Shown here: in pieces, positions 43,315 through 52,820 of the stretch | How positions within the stretch are numbered: the first letter of the stretch is position 1 | How the letters are laid out: every line of letters starts with the position of its first letter | NCBI GenBank assembly: GCA_034420475.1 | Contig: DAOULH010000025.1 | Location: 65,593 to 129,592 of the forward strand | Direction: 5' to 3' | DNA: 64,000 nucleotides | From: Dehalococcoidia bacterium | GTDB lineage: Bacteria; Chloroflexota; Dehalococcoidia; Lucifugimonadales; UBA3495 | Translations under genes and position numbers: made by a program | The notes under the pieces: generated by a model | Told to the model about the DNA's origin: nothing | The model's database searches: none | Seen by the model: the letters and a program-made list of their open reading frames with translations, nothing else

Positions 43315-44397
43315 TCACCCCGGAATCTCTATCTTCTCCGTCACCACCCGGGTCACTCCCCAGCCGGCCAGCCAAGCCGAATGGCGACCGTCGCCCCCGG
43401 CCACGACCACTACGATGTCGTCAGCGTCCAGCGCGATGGGCACCATGGTGTTCGGGTCCTCGTCGTTCACCCAGTCCGGGTAGTTGCGGTTGCCCCAGTG
43501 TCCCAGGCCCGACAGGTCGGCGATGGACATGCGCGCGTTGGCGAACACGTACTCGCGAACGTCCTGCTTGGTGAACCCGTCCGCCGCGATTTCGGCCGCG
43601 TGCTCCGGGCTCAGCACCAGCGTCACCTGCGCGCCGGTCCCGATCTGGTAGAAATTGGAGAAGCCGGTGGCCCGGGTCGCCTGCACCAGCGTGTTGAGCA
43701 CGTCCGTGCCCCGCGAAACCGTGGTTTCCATGACCGGATAGAAGGCCCGGATCGCGTGGAGGGTCACCATGCTGTCTTGCGGATCCAGCCCCAGTTCCAC
43801 ATGCCTCGGCTCCCAGGGACTGTGCGCCTCGTTCTCGGCGAAGCAGAAGGAATACCTGCCCGGCATGGCCAGGGTCGCCTTGTCCATGTCGCCGATGATG
43901 AGGCCGGCCACGTTGCGCACGAACAGGCGCAGGGCCCGGCCGATGGTCGCGTTGGCGCGGTAGCCGGGTCCGAACGCCCCGGAATCGCCGTTGATGCCCA
44001 GCCGCTCCGCGATGGGGCCGTTCACGATCACCACCGGGGCCGCGCCTCCGGTGGTGGCCTGGCAACCGGCCAGGTTGAACGGCGTTTGCAGGGCCGCTTT
44101 CACGCAGGCCACCACCACCGGAAAATACTCGGGACGGCACCCGGCCATCACGGCGTTGATGGCGACTTTCTCAATATTGACTTCCGAATTGGAGGGTTGC
44201 GCCATGCCCAGGGACAGCGAAGGATCTTCGCCCCACGGGCCCAGCATCCGTTGCACGGCGTCCACCGTGGCCGGAACCACGGGCATTCCGTCGGTCCACC
44301 CCTGCTCTTCGTAGTAGTCCTGGATGGCGTCGTAGGTGTCAGGCACGTCGATGCGGCGCGAGTTCAAGGCTCGACTGTTGGTTGTCATAAGGCTCAC
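43315..44397 (-). CDS. conserved protein of unknown function linked to the UGSC gene (paralog of 31138..32139)
   Basis: 360 aa; TDGMPVVPAT and AINAVMAGCRPEYFPVV blocks shared with the first copy; collinear over the whole length. Confidence 0.75.
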   Translation of the reverse strand: MSLMTTNSRALNSRRIDVPDTYDAIQDYYEEQGWTDGMPVVPATVDAVQRMLGPWGEDPSLSLGMAQPSNSEVNIEKVAINAVMAGCRPEYFPVVVACVKAALQTPFNLAGCQATTGGAAPVVIVNGPIAERLGINGDSGAFGPGYRANATIGRALRLFVRNVAGLIIGDMDKATLAMPGRYSFCFAENEAHSPWEPRHVELGLDPQDSMVTLHAIRAFYPVMETTVSRGTDVLNTLVQATRATGFSNFYQIGTGAQVTLVLSPEHAAEIAADGFTKQDVREYVFANARMSIADLSGLGHWGNRNYPDWVNDEDPNTMVPIALDADDIVVVVAGGDGRHSAWLAGWGVTRVVTEKIEIPG

Positions 44398-44419
44398 TCT
44401 TCTCAGGTGGTTTCTTTGG

Positions 44420-45157
44420 TCAGGCGCCGGTGGACAGATCGGCTACGACGCCGAAGTGGTCGGACAGGCGTCGCTCGCCGTCCATGTTGTCAATCGTCGC
44501 CAGGGACACGGCAGACAGTTCTCCGCTGATGGCGATGTGGTCAATGGCGCGTCGCCCCTGCAATCCAAGTCCGGCAGTCACGATGGTCAAGCCCGGGGGT
44601 CGTGCTGCCGCCATGGTCTCCTGCAATCTGGCGCGCACCGGATGGGACAGCGGAGGGTAAGGTCTCGGCCGTTGTCCAATTTGCTGGTTGAAATCGCCAA
44701 GGACGATCAATCGTCCGTTCGATTTGTTGCTCAATATCGACGCCAAACCGTCCAAGTAAGTTTCATGCTCCTGCCACGGGGCTTTGTCCTTACGGCCAAC
44801 GTTCACATTCGCATTGTGGTACGGGATGCAGACCCCTATTACCCCGAGCTGACCAACCGATGTTTCGGTGGTTCCGGCAACGAACCTTCCGGCAGGCAGA
44901 TCCTTGTCGCCGACGGCATCGACGTCGCGCCATTCGTGCTTAGACCAGAGCAGTACTTTGCGCCTATTCAGGTTGGCGCCAGGCCCGTCGGCGGGCTTGC
45001 AACAGATCGTGTGCCCTTTCAATTCGTCCAGCAAGTGTGCGTGCGCTTCGGTCAGACAGATCACCTCCGCGTCATGGCTCTCGATGCGGGACAAAATTTC
45101 TGGGCTACGCGCCGCGCCGGGCGTAGCCCATTCAACATTCCAGTTGACCACTTTCAT
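44420..45157 (-). CDS. endonuclease/exonuclease/phosphatase (EEP) family protein
   Basis: MKVVNWNVEW..., VICLTEAH, LGDFNQ, C-terminal SDHFGVVADL. It looks AT-richer than both neighbours. Confidence 0.8.
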   Translation of the reverse strand: MKVVNWNVEWATPGAARSPEILSRIESHDAEVICLTEAHAHLLDELKGHTICCKPADGPGANLNRRKVLLWSKHEWRDVDAVGDKDLPAGRFVAGTTETSVGQLGVIGVCIPYHNANVNVGRKDKAPWQEHETYLDGLASILSNKSNGRLIVLGDFNQQIGQRPRPYPPLSHPVRARLQETMAAARPPGLTIVTAGLGLQGRRAIDHIAISGELSAVSLATIDNMDGERRLSDHFGVVADLSTGA

Positions 45158-45185
45158 GACGAAAGCGGCACCCTGACCGGGGCGA

Positions 45186-45725
45186 CTAATCGCCGTTGGT
45201 CAGCATCTCGGCGATCCGGCCGGCAAAGTCGTGGGCCAGCTGCTGCACTTCCGGTATCGACCGGGAGGCCAGCGGGCTGGGCAGAGCCAGGATCTGGACG
45301 CCGGGCATTCCCAGCGAGGAGGCGCGGGCGTGCGCCGCCCGGGTGAAACTCTCGGTGATGACGCTCACGGAGGGAACGCCGCGGGTTTCGGTAACTACTG
45401 TGTCGTGGAGACCCCACGCCGTGCAGCTCCCTCAATCCGCGATTCCGTGCACCACCGCGTCGCATTGCTCGATCAACTCGTCGATGGTCTCGTCAGAGCA
45501 GGGGGCGCTGAAGCTGAACTTCCGCAGGTAAACCACCTTCTCGACGGCGTATTCCTCCTCCAGGATTACCTGGAGTTCCTGCAAGAAGTTGTCGGAGTGG
45601 TACTTGCGGTTTTCCAGCAGGCCGATGGTCTTGCCCGCGAGGCCGGGCAGCCGGTCGGTCGCCGCCCGCTCCTCGGTCTTCTGCTCCGGACGCGGGTCCA
45701 GGATCTGGATGGTTGCGGTCGTCAT
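45186..45725 (-). CDS. UGSC-motif selenoprotein candidate (in-frame TGA at 45432-45434 read as Sec)
   Basis: ORF-track pieces 45432..45725 and 45186..45368 are in one frame: ...DAVVHGIAD-TGA-GSCTAWGLHDTVVTETRGVPSVSVITESF... Confidence 0.75.
45404..45418 (-). promoter_or_regulatory. candidate SECIS-like hairpin
   Basis: mRNA CGUGG-GGUCU-CCACG begins 13 nt 3' of the UGA, the same spacing as at the other locus. Confidence 0.4.
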
Positions 45726-45779
45726 GGTTCCTCCGTTTGTTCTTCAACCGTCATTCCCGTTTTCACGGGAATCCAGCGT

Positions 45780-46916
45780 TTATCCCATCATCTGGTAGTG
45801 CTTGCCCTCGGTCTTGATGGCCGGGGCGATGACCATTTCGGTCTTGTGGAAGTCGCGCACCGTGTACGCGCCGCACATGCCCATCGCCACACGCAAGGCG
45901 CCGACGAGGTTCTGCGTCCCGTTGGTAACACTGGACGGCCCGTGCATCAGCTGCTTCAGGCTGCCCTTGGTGCCGACGTTGATGCGCGTCCCCCGGGGCA
46001 GTTCCGGGTGGGCGTTGGCCATGCCCCAGTTGTAGCCGCGGCCCGGGGCCTCGGCCGCTTGAGCGAAAGGCGTGCCCAGCATTACGCCGTCGGCGCCGCT
46101 GGCCATGGCCTTGCACACGTCGCCGCCGGTGCGCAGGCCGCCGTCGGTGATCACGCTGACGTACCGGCCGGTGCGCTGGAAATAGTCCTCGCGGGCCGCC
46201 GCGCACTCCAGGGTCGCGGTAACCTGGGGAACCCCCACGCCGGTAACTTCCCGCGTGGTGCAGGCCGCGCCGGGGCCGACCCCGATCAGTATGGCGTCGA
46301 TCCCGGTTTCCATCAGTTCGCTGGCGACGGCGTAGCTGACGCAGTTGCCCACCACCACGGGGACGTTGAGCGATTCGATCAGCTCGGAAAAGATGAGGCC
46401 CCGGTAACTGCGGGACATGTGCCGCGCCGTGGTCACGGTGGACTGCACGACGATGATGTCGGCGCCGGCCTCCACCGCCAGCGGGCTGAACCGCTTGGTG
46501 GTCTGGGGAGTGAACGCGATGGCCGCTATCGACCCGGACTGCTTGATCTCCTGGACGCGCTCGCCGATCAGATGGTCCTGCACCGGCTGGCTGTAAACCT
46601 CTTGCAGGTACTCGGTGACCTCGCCCTGGTCCATGGAGATGATCTCTTCCAGCACGGAGTACGGGTCTGCGTAGCGGGTGTAGAGGCCCTCGCCGTTCAG
46701 CACGCCGAGCCCGCCCATCTCGTGCATCAGTGTCGCAAAGCGCGGCGACACCGAACCGTCCATCGCCGAGGCCATCACGGGGGATTCAAAGGAGTATTGG
46801 CCGATGCTCATCTGGGTGGATGTCATTTCCGGGTTGATCGTGACCTCGCCCGGGACGATTGCAACCTCGTCAAACCCGTAGGATCGTTCCAGTTCTTTGA
46901 GCAAACGCCTGGCCAT
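45780..46916 (-). CDS. GuaB3-family IMP dehydrogenase-related protein
   Basis: [18 protein letters not shown]..., no CBS insert, 378 aa, [23 protein letters not shown]. Confidence 0.85.
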   Translation of the reverse strand: MARRLLKELERSYGFDEVAIVPGEVTINPEMTSTQMSIGQYSFESPVMASAMDGSVSPRFATLMHEMGGLGVLNGEGLYTRYADPYSVLEEIISMDQGEVTEYLQEVYSQPVQDHLIGERVQEIKQSGSIAAIAFTPQTTKRFSPLAVEAGADIIVVQSTVTTARHMSRSYRGLIFSELIESLNVPVVVGNCVSYAVASELMETGIDAILIGVGPGAACTTREVTGVGVPQVTATLECAAAREDYFQRTGRYVSVITDGGLRTGGDVCKAMASGADGVMLGTPFAQAAEAPGRGYNWGMANAHPELPRGTRINVGTKGSLKQLMHGPSSVTNGTQNLVGALRVAMGMCGAYTVRDFHKTEMVIAPAIKTEGKHYQMMG

Positions 46917-47052
46917 AGTTTCACCTCAAAGTTTGCCGTGAAGAGCGCTGAAATATAGTGAGAGAGACCTGCCGCGGTCAAATGCGGTTGGGTTGCATTG
47001 ACGGGGCGGTGATGTCATCCGCCCCGGTCTTGACCTGCTGAATTGTAGCATT

Positions 47053-47080
47053 CGGGGGCGCCTGTTTCTAAGCGCCCCCG
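47053..47080 (-). terminator. GC-rich hairpin downstream of clpC (possible terminator, no U-tract)
   Basis: CGGGGGCGC-N10-GCGCCCCCG, 27 nt after the clpC stop. A second hairpin CGGGGCGG-N9-CCGCCCCG lies at about 47003-47027. Confidence 0.3.
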
Positions 47081-47106
47081 ATGCTCGTTCGCCACTAAAT
47101 CCCGTG

Positions 47107-49581
47107 TTAGGCCACAGGCAAGGCAGCCATCTCGCCCTTACGAACCTTGATGCAGACCTTGCCGTCCTCGTCCATATCGACAATCGCGGTGTCTCCCGGC
47201 TCGAACTTCCCTCCGAGGAGTTCGTCGGACAGCCGGTCCTCGACCTCGTTCTGGATCAGGCGGCGCAATGGCCGCGCTCCCAGGACCGGATCGAAACCGT
47301 TTTCGCCCAGGTACTCCTTGGCCGGCTCGGTCAGCTCAACGCTGATCTCCCGTTCCTTGAGCTCGTCGCGAACCATGTTCATCATCAGGTCCACGATCTG
47401 GTGGATCTCGTCCCGGCTCAGGGCGTGGAACACGATGGTGGCGTCCAGGCGGTTCAGGAACTCGGGGCGGAAGAAGCGCTTGACTTCGTCCATCACCTTG
47501 TCCTTCATCCGCTCGTAAGCCTGGTGGTCCGTCTGCGACTGTTCGGACTTCACGGCGAACCCCAGCGAGGTGTCGCGCTTGATCAGGTCGGAACCCAGGT
47601 TGCTGGTCATGACGATGATCGAGTTGCGGAAGTCCACGCGGCGGCCGCGGGCGTCGGTCAACTGGCCGGCGTCGAAGATTTGGAGCAGGATGTTGAAAAT
47701 CTCCGGGTGCGCCTTTTCGATTTCGTCCAGCAGGATCGCGCAGTAGTTCTTCTTGCGCACGCCTTCGGTTAGCTGGCCGCCCTCATCGTAGCCGACGTAG
47801 CCCGGAGGCGCGCCGATGAGACGGGCGGTGGTGTGGCGTTCCTGGAACTCCGACATGTCCAGCCGGATCATGTTGTCCTCATGGCCGAACAGGAACTCCG
47901 CCATGGCGCGCACCAGCTCAGTCTTGCCCACGCCGGTGGGGCCCAGGAACAGGAACACGCCGATGGGATGGCGCGGGTCCTTGAGGCCGGCCCGGGCGCG
48001 GCGCACGGCTTTGGAGATGCCGATGATGGCTTCGTCCTGGCCGATGATGCGCTTGTGCAGTTCCTCTTCCATTCGGAGCAGCCGCTCGGTTTCTTCCTGC
48101 GCCAGCCGCGTCACCGGGATGCCGGTCCACATGCTGACCACCTCGGCGATGTCGTCCTCGGTGACCTGCGTTCGTTCCTTGCTGCGGTCCGCCTTCCACT
48201 CGCGCTCCATGTCGCCCACGTTCTGGGACAGGTGGAGCTCGCGGTCACGCAACTCGGCGGCGACTTCGTACTGCTGTGAAGCGATAGCCTCGTCCTTTTC
48301 CTTGCGCACGCGCTCCAGGACTTCCATCGCGTCCTTGACTTCCTGCGGGGCGTGGCTGCCGCGCAGGCGCACCCGTGAGCCGGCTTCGTCCAGCAGGTCG
48401 ATGGCCTTGTCGGGCAGGAAGCGGTCGGGGATATACCGGGTCGACAGCGTGGCCGCGGCCCGCACTGCGTCCTCGGTTATATCCACGTTGTGGTGTTCCT
48501 CGTACTGGCCCTTCACGCCGCGGAGGATGTCCACGGTCATGTCGGCGTCGGGCTCTTCCACCCGCACGGGCTGGAGCCGGCGCTCAAGGGCCGGGTCGCG
48601 CTCCACGTACTTGCGGTAGTCGTCCAGCGTGGTCGCGCCGATGCACTGGATCTCGCCGCGAGCCAGGGAGGGCTTCAGGATGTTGGAAGCGTCCACGGCG
48701 CCTTCGGCGGCGCCGGCCCCGACCAGCGTATGAATTTCGTCAATGAAGAGGACGCAGTTGCCGGAGGTCTTGATTTCCTCGATGACCTTCTTCAACCGCT
48801 CTTCGAACTCGCCGCGGTACTTGGTGCCGGCGACCAGGGCGCCCATGTCCAGGGTGACCAGGCGCTTGCCTTGCAGGGTGTCCGGGACGTCGCCCGAGGA
48901 GATCTGCTGGGCCATCGCTTCCACGATGGCGGTCTTGCCGACGCCGGGCTCGCCCACCAGGACCGGGTTGTTCTTGGTCCGGCGGCTGAGGATCTGGGTC
49001 ACGCGCTCGATTTCGGTGTCACGGCCGATGACCGGGTCAAGCTTGCCGCCCAGGGCCGCGTTGGTCAGGTCAACGCCCAACTGGTCCAGGGTGGGGGTGC
49101 GCGTGGACGAACTCCGGCTGCTGGAGCTTCCGGTGCCGGAGTTGCTGAGGATCCGGTGGGTCTCGGCGCGTACCTTTTCGAGGTTTACGCCCAGGCTCTC
49201 CAGGACGCCGGCGGCGACGCCTTCGCCCTCGCGCAGGAGGCCGATCAGCAGGTGCTCCGTTCCAATGTAGGTGTGGTTCATCCTGCGGGCTTCGTCGACG
49301 GCCAGTTCCACGACCTTCTTGGCCCTGGGGGTGAGGCCGATCTCGCCCTGCGCCGGGCGCTCGCCCCGCCCGATGATGAACTCGACGGCCGAGCGCACCT
49401 TGGTCAGGTCAACGCTCAACCCCGACAGCACTCGAGCGGCTACGCCCTCGGTCTCCCGTACCAGGCCAAGCAGGATGTGCTCGGTCCCGATGTAGTTGTG
49501 GTTGAACCGCTGCGCTTCTTCCTGGGCCAGGGACAGAACCCTGCGTGCCCGTTCTGAGAACTTCTCGAATCTGCTGCCCAT
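47107..49581 (-). CDS. clpC: ATP-dependent Clp protease ATP-binding subunit ClpC
   Basis: [40 protein letters not shown] double Clp_N repeat, two AAA+ modules ([16 protein letters not shown]), UVR-like linker. The ATG at 49581 is chosen over the ORF-track 49611. Confidence 0.95.
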   Translation of the reverse strand: MGSRFEKFSERARRVLSLAQEEAQRFNHNYIGTEHILLGLVRETEGVAARVLSGLSVDLTKVRSAVEFIIGRGERPAQGEIGLTPRAKKVVELAVDEARRMNHTYIGTEHLLIGLLREGEGVAAGVLESLGVNLEKVRAETHRILSNSGTGSSSSRSSSTRTPTLDQLGVDLTNAALGGKLDPVIGRDTEIERVTQILSRRTKNNPVLVGEPGVGKTAIVEAMAQQISSGDVPDTLQGKRLVTLDMGALVAGTKYRGEFEERLKKVIEEIKTSGNCVLFIDEIHTLVGAGAAEGAVDASNILKPSLARGEIQCIGATTLDDYRKYVERDPALERRLQPVRVEEPDADMTVDILRGVKGQYEEHHNVDITEDAVRAAATLSTRYIPDRFLPDKAIDLLDEAGSRVRLRGSHAPQEVKDAMEVLERVRKEKDEAIASQQYEVAAELRDRELHLSQNVGDMEREWKADRSKERTQVTEDDIAEVVSMWTGIPVTRLAQEETERLLRMEEELHKRIIGQDEAIIGISKAVRRARAGLKDPRHPIGVFLFLGPTGVGKTELVRAMAEFLFGHEDNMIRLDMSEFQERHTTARLIGAPPGYVGYDEGGQLTEGVRKKNYCAILLDEIEKAHPEIFNILLQIFDAGQLTDARGRRVDFRNSIIVMTSNLGSDLIKRDTSLGFAVKSEQSQTDHQAYERMKDKVMDEVKRFFRPEFLNRLDATIVFHALSRDEIHQIVDLMMNMVRDELKEREISVELTEPAKEYLGENGFDPVLGARPLRRLIQNEVEDRLSDELLGGKFEPGDTAIVDMDEDGKVCIKVRKGEMAALPVA

Positions 49582-49796
49582 GAGACTCTCCCTGGGTTGA
49601 GGTCGGGCCAACCGATGCGTGTTGGCGGCGCTATTTTACCGTATTCAGGCAAAAATAAAAGCGGCCCTGCCCCCGAATCGTAACGGGGAAGCCGCTCGGT
49701 TGATGTTTCAACCTATCGCGTTACGTGGCCTACAGTCGCCTGCGATTCCTTGCTGCGCCATCACGCCCGCCCGACTAACTTTGTGAGTTTTGGTAC

Positions 49797-49915
49797 TTTC
49801 CGGCGGTGACCTATTTTCCCACTCCGTCACCAGAGCAGTATCGTCGGCGCTGGGGCGTTTCACTTCCGTGTTCGGGATGGGTACGGGTGGTGCCACCCCG
49901 CTTGAACCACCAGAA
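49797..49915 (-). rRNA. rrf: 5S ribosomal RNA (stand-alone)
   Basis: Minus strand reads CTGGTGGTTCAAGCGGGGTGGCACCACCCGTACCCATCCCGAACACGGAAGTGAAACGCCCCAGCGCCGACGATACTGCTCTGGTGACGGAGTGGGAAAATAGGTCACCGCCGG. This gives a helix I pairing CTGGTGG/CCGCCGG and the universal CCGAAC...GAAGT loop. Confidence 0.9.
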
Positions 49916-49927
49916 AGTAACGCCGCA

Positions 49928-49956
49928 ATTATGCCTCATGTCGGATGGCTTGGCAA
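49928..49956 (-). promoter_or_regulatory. candidate sigma70-type promoter of the 5S gene
   Basis: Minus strand TTGCCA (49956-49951), 17-nt spacer, CATAAT (49933-49928), 12 nt upstream of the 5S 5' end. Confidence 0.5.
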
Positions 49957-49990
49957 GGGCAGCCGCACTGGGAATTTTCCGGCATTCCCA

Positions 49991-50016
49991 GGGGCCTCAA
50001 AACGGGGCCTCAAAAC
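49991..50016. repeat. 2 x 13-nt direct repeat between the divergent 5S and tRNA-Lys genes
   Basis: GGGGCCTCAAAAC GGGGCCTCAAAAC. Confidence 0.7.
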
Positions 50017-50059
50017 GCCTATGCTATACTGGCACTCACCCGCCGGCCGCCGCGTGAGA

Positions 50060-50135
50060 GGGCCGTTAGCTCAGCTGGCAGAGCACCGGACTTTTAATCC
50101 GGGTGTCGTGGGTTCGATCCCCACACGGCCCACCA
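50060..50135 (+). tRNA. tRNA-Lys (anticodon TTT)
   Basis: GGGCCGTTAGCTCAGCTGGCAGAGC, anticodon loop CTTTTAA, T-arm GTGGGTTCGATCCCCAC, ACGGCCC-A-CCA. Confidence 0.9.
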
Positions 50136-50525
50136 CCGTAATCCAATATGCGAACGCCGCCTCACAGAACGCCCTCGGCGGCGTCCTTACCCCTATAATT
50201 AGGCTGTCCTGCGGCGTGGAATAGTTCAGATGACAGCCGCCCCGCCGGGCCTGACCGGCGCCTCCTTGACGCAGAACCGGATTGACGAAGAACCGGACGC
50301 AGAACCGCACGCAGGCTTTGGTCGCGGTGAGTTTGCCGGTCCTGAGGAACCCGCTCGCGTCCCGGGCAAAGGCGGCGATGGTGTCGGCGCTGTCCGGCAG
50401 TTCCCGCCCTGCCGGTCGAAGCCAAGCGCTGGAAAACGGTCAGACCGTCACAACCCGCAACGTGCGCCGCTTTGCGCCGACCGGCGTTCCAACATTGAGC
50501 CCACTAGAGTAAACTTGCTCACGGG

Positions 50526-50664
50526 CATCGCACGTACCCAGTTCGTCATCGCGAGGGGCGCAGCCACGTGGCGATCTCGTTCCCGGAGCAGCGTTCCTTG
50601 CCCCGACGAGCTTGCCGCCCTGCGCTCGCAACGACGGCTCGTGTGAAACTGGGTGCGCATGAGG
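50526..50664. repeat. palindromic intergenic repeat, subfamily 1, copy G (core 50545..50635)
   Basis: GTCATCGCGAGGGGCGCAGCCACGTGGCGATCTCGTT ... CGAGCTTGCCGCCCTGCGCTCGCAACGAC with outer boxes CATCGCACGTACCCAGTT / AAACTGGGTGCGCATGAGG. Confidence 0.85.
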
Positions 50665-50727
50665 CTCACGGGCCGCTTGAAGACCCTGACCGACGCCCAA
50701 AGGTTCGCGGGACGAAGAATAATCTGC

Positions 50728-51918
50728 ATGTTGGAATTGAGAAACATCACCCCCGACGAGTTTGAGCGGTGGATGAGCACCGAGTCGCGGGCCCACGGCA
50801 ACCGCCTGGCCCACGATCCCGAGCATCTGCGGCCCCGCTTTGACTTGAGCCGTTCCATCGCCGTGCTCGAGGACGGGCAGATCGTCGGCGGATGCCACTC
50901 CCACCTGCTGGAGATGTCGATACCCGGAGGCGCGTCAGCGGTGGCCGGGGTGTCCAACGTGGAAGTGCAGCCCACCCACACCCGGCGGGGCATCATGACC
51001 CGGATGATGCGCCACCAGATCGACGGCATCCACGAGCGCGGCGAACCCCTGGCCGCGCTGTTTGCCACCGAGAGCGGTATCTACGGGCGTTTCGGCTACG
51101 GCATCGGCGCCGTGCACGAGCAGTGGACCATCGAAAAGCGCCACAGCGCCTACGACCGCCGCCACGACAGCCCCGGCCGCCTGGAGTTTGTGGCGGCCGC
51201 AGACATCATGCAGAAGCTGCCCGACGTTTCCCGCCGGGGCACCCGGGGCCGGCCGGCCGTGTTCCAGCGCGCCAGGCACCACTGGGAGGATGCGGCCAAC
51301 GATCCCATCCATTCCCAGGGAGGGTCCGGCGGCGTGTTCTACGTGGCCTACGTGGAGGACGGGCGCATCGACGGCTACGCTTCCTACCGCACCCAGCGGC
51401 CCACGGTGACGGTCAACGAGTTGGTGGCAACGACCCGCGAGGCGTCCGCCGCCCTGTGGCGGTTCTGCTTCGACCTGGACCTGTACGAGCGAACCGAGGC
51501 CATGAGGCGGCCCGTGGACGATCCCCTGCCCTGGATGCTGGCCGACCCGCGCCGGCTCCAGCGCTCCACTCGCGACGGCCTGTGGGTTCGCGTGGTCGAT
51601 GCCCGCGCCGCGTTGGAGCAGAGGACCTACGCATCCAGCGACCGCCTGGTGCTGGAAATCCGCGACGACTTCTGCGAATGGAACCGGGGGTGCTGGAGTC
51701 TCGAGATGTCGCCGGAGGGCGGCGACTGCCGGCCCGTCACCGGCGGCGCAGACCTGTCAATCGACGTATCCGCCCTGGCATCGGTTTACCTGGGAGCGGC
51801 CAGTTTCGGCACGTTGCAGGAGGCAGGATTGGCGGACGAGGCGACCTCGGGGGCGGTGCCGCGGGCGGATCGGACATTCGCCGTGCCGTTGAAGCCGTGG
51901 ACGCCCTACAATTTCTGA
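50728..51918 (+). CDS. GNAT family N-acetyltransferase (Eis-like, with SCP2-like C-terminal domain)
   Basis: MLELRNITPDEFERW...VEVQPTHTRRGIMTRMM acetyl-CoA motif; ~397 aa as in Eis/UPF0256 proteins. The ORF-track N-terminal 25 aa lie in repeat G. Confidence 0.8.
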   Translation: MLELRNITPDEFERWMSTESRAHGNRLAHDPEHLRPRFDLSRSIAVLEDGQIVGGCHSHLLEMSIPGGASAVAGVSNVEVQPTHTRRGIMTRMMRHQIDGIHERGEPLAALFATESGIYGRFGYGIGAVHEQWTIEKRHSAYDRRHDSPGRLEFVAAADIMQKLPDVSRRGTRGRPAVFQRARHHWEDAANDPIHSQGGSGGVFYVAYVEDGRIDGYASYRTQRPTVTVNELVATTREASAALWRFCFDLDLYERTEAMRRPVDDPLPWMLADPRRLQRSTRDGLWVRVVDARAALEQRTYASSDRLVLEIRDDFCEWNRGCWSLEMSPEGGDCRPVTGGADLSIDVSALASVYLGAASFGTLQEAGLADEATSGAVPRADRTFAVPLKPWTPYNF

Positions 51919-51929
51919 TTGCGCTCGTT

Positions 51930-52022
51930 GTCATTGCGAGGAGCGACAGCGACGTGGCAATCTCGTTCCCATGGACGATGCCCGTTGTCGCAACGAGATT
52001 GCCGCGCTGCGCTCGCAATGAC
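51930..52022. repeat. palindromic intergenic repeat, subfamily 1, copy H
   Basis: GTCATTGCGAGGAGCGACAGCGACGTGGCAATCTCGTT ... AACGAGATTGCCGCGCTGCGCTCGCAATGAC. Confidence 0.85.
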
Positions 52023-52060
52023 AAGCGGGGCGAGAACTATTTTAAACGAGGTGATTCGGC

Positions 52061-52819
52061 ATGGGCAGGATGGACGGCAAGGTCGCCTTGATCAGCGGCG
52101 GCGCACGCGGTATGGGAGCAACCGAGGCCCGGCTCTTCGCCGGCGAAGGCGCGGCGGTGGTCATCGGTGACGTGCTGGATGAGGAGGGCGAAGCGACCGC
52201 CGCGTCCATCGCGGCCGACGGTGGTCGTTGCCGTTACGTGCACCTGGACGTCACCCAGGAGGCCGACTGGCAGGCGGCCGTGGCCCAGGCGGTGTCGCAG
52301 TTCGGCAGCCTGGACGTGCTGGTTAACAACGCCGGCATCGGCAGCAACTCGTTCGAAATCCACGAGGAACCGGTGGAAATGTGGGACCGCACCATCGACG
52401 TGAACCTCAAAGGCGTGTTTCTGGGCACCCGCACCGCCGTCCCCGCGATGCTGGATGCCGGCGGCGGCTCCATCATTAATATATCGTCGCAGCTGGGCAT
52501 CGTCGGGGTGCCCTACAACGGCTCGGCGTACCAGACCTCCAAGGGTGGTGTTCGCATCTTCACCAAGGCCGCCGCGCTGCAGTACGCGAACCGGGGCATC
52601 CGGGTCAACTCGGTGCATCCCGGCCCCATCGTCACTGAAATGACCCGTATCGGCCGCGACGATCCGGAACGGTTGTCGATGATGCTGGCCCGCATCCCCA
52701 TGGGCCGATACGGCGAGCCGGAGGAGGTCGCCAGCGCCGTGCTCTACCTGGCCTCCGACGAATCTTCTTTCGTCACCGGCAGCGAGGTGGTGGTGGACGG
52801 AGGCTGGACGGCCCAGTAG
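52061..52819 (+). CDS. SDR family oxidoreductase (paralog 3)
   Basis: GKVALISGGARGMGATEARLFAGEG, NNAG, YQTSK; collinear with 2948..3700 and 5951..6697. Confidence 0.9.
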   Translation: MGRMDGKVALISGGARGMGATEARLFAGEGAAVVIGDVLDEEGEATAASIAADGGRCRYVHLDVTQEADWQAAVAQAVSQFGSLDVLVNNAGIGSNSFEIHEEPVEMWDRTIDVNLKGVFLGTRTAVPAMLDAGGGSIINISSQLGIVGVPYNGSAYQTSKGGVRIFTKAAALQYANRGIRVNSVHPGPIVTEMTRIGRDDPERLSMMLARIPMGRYGEPEEVASAVLYLASDESSFVTGSEVVVDGGWTAQ

Positions 52820-52820
52820 C

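Noticed and set aside
45231-46958. 575-aa plus-strand ORF covering the UGSC-2 and guaB3-like genes
   Set aside because: It is antisense to two motif-supported genes and crosses their intergenic spacer, so it is a shadow ORF.
50136-50525. Integrated element at tRNA-Lys, given a 390-nt non-coding-looking stretch after the tRNA
   Set aside because: There is no integrase, no direct repeat of the tRNA 3' end and no convincing ORF. The region ends in a copy of the common palindromic repeat.
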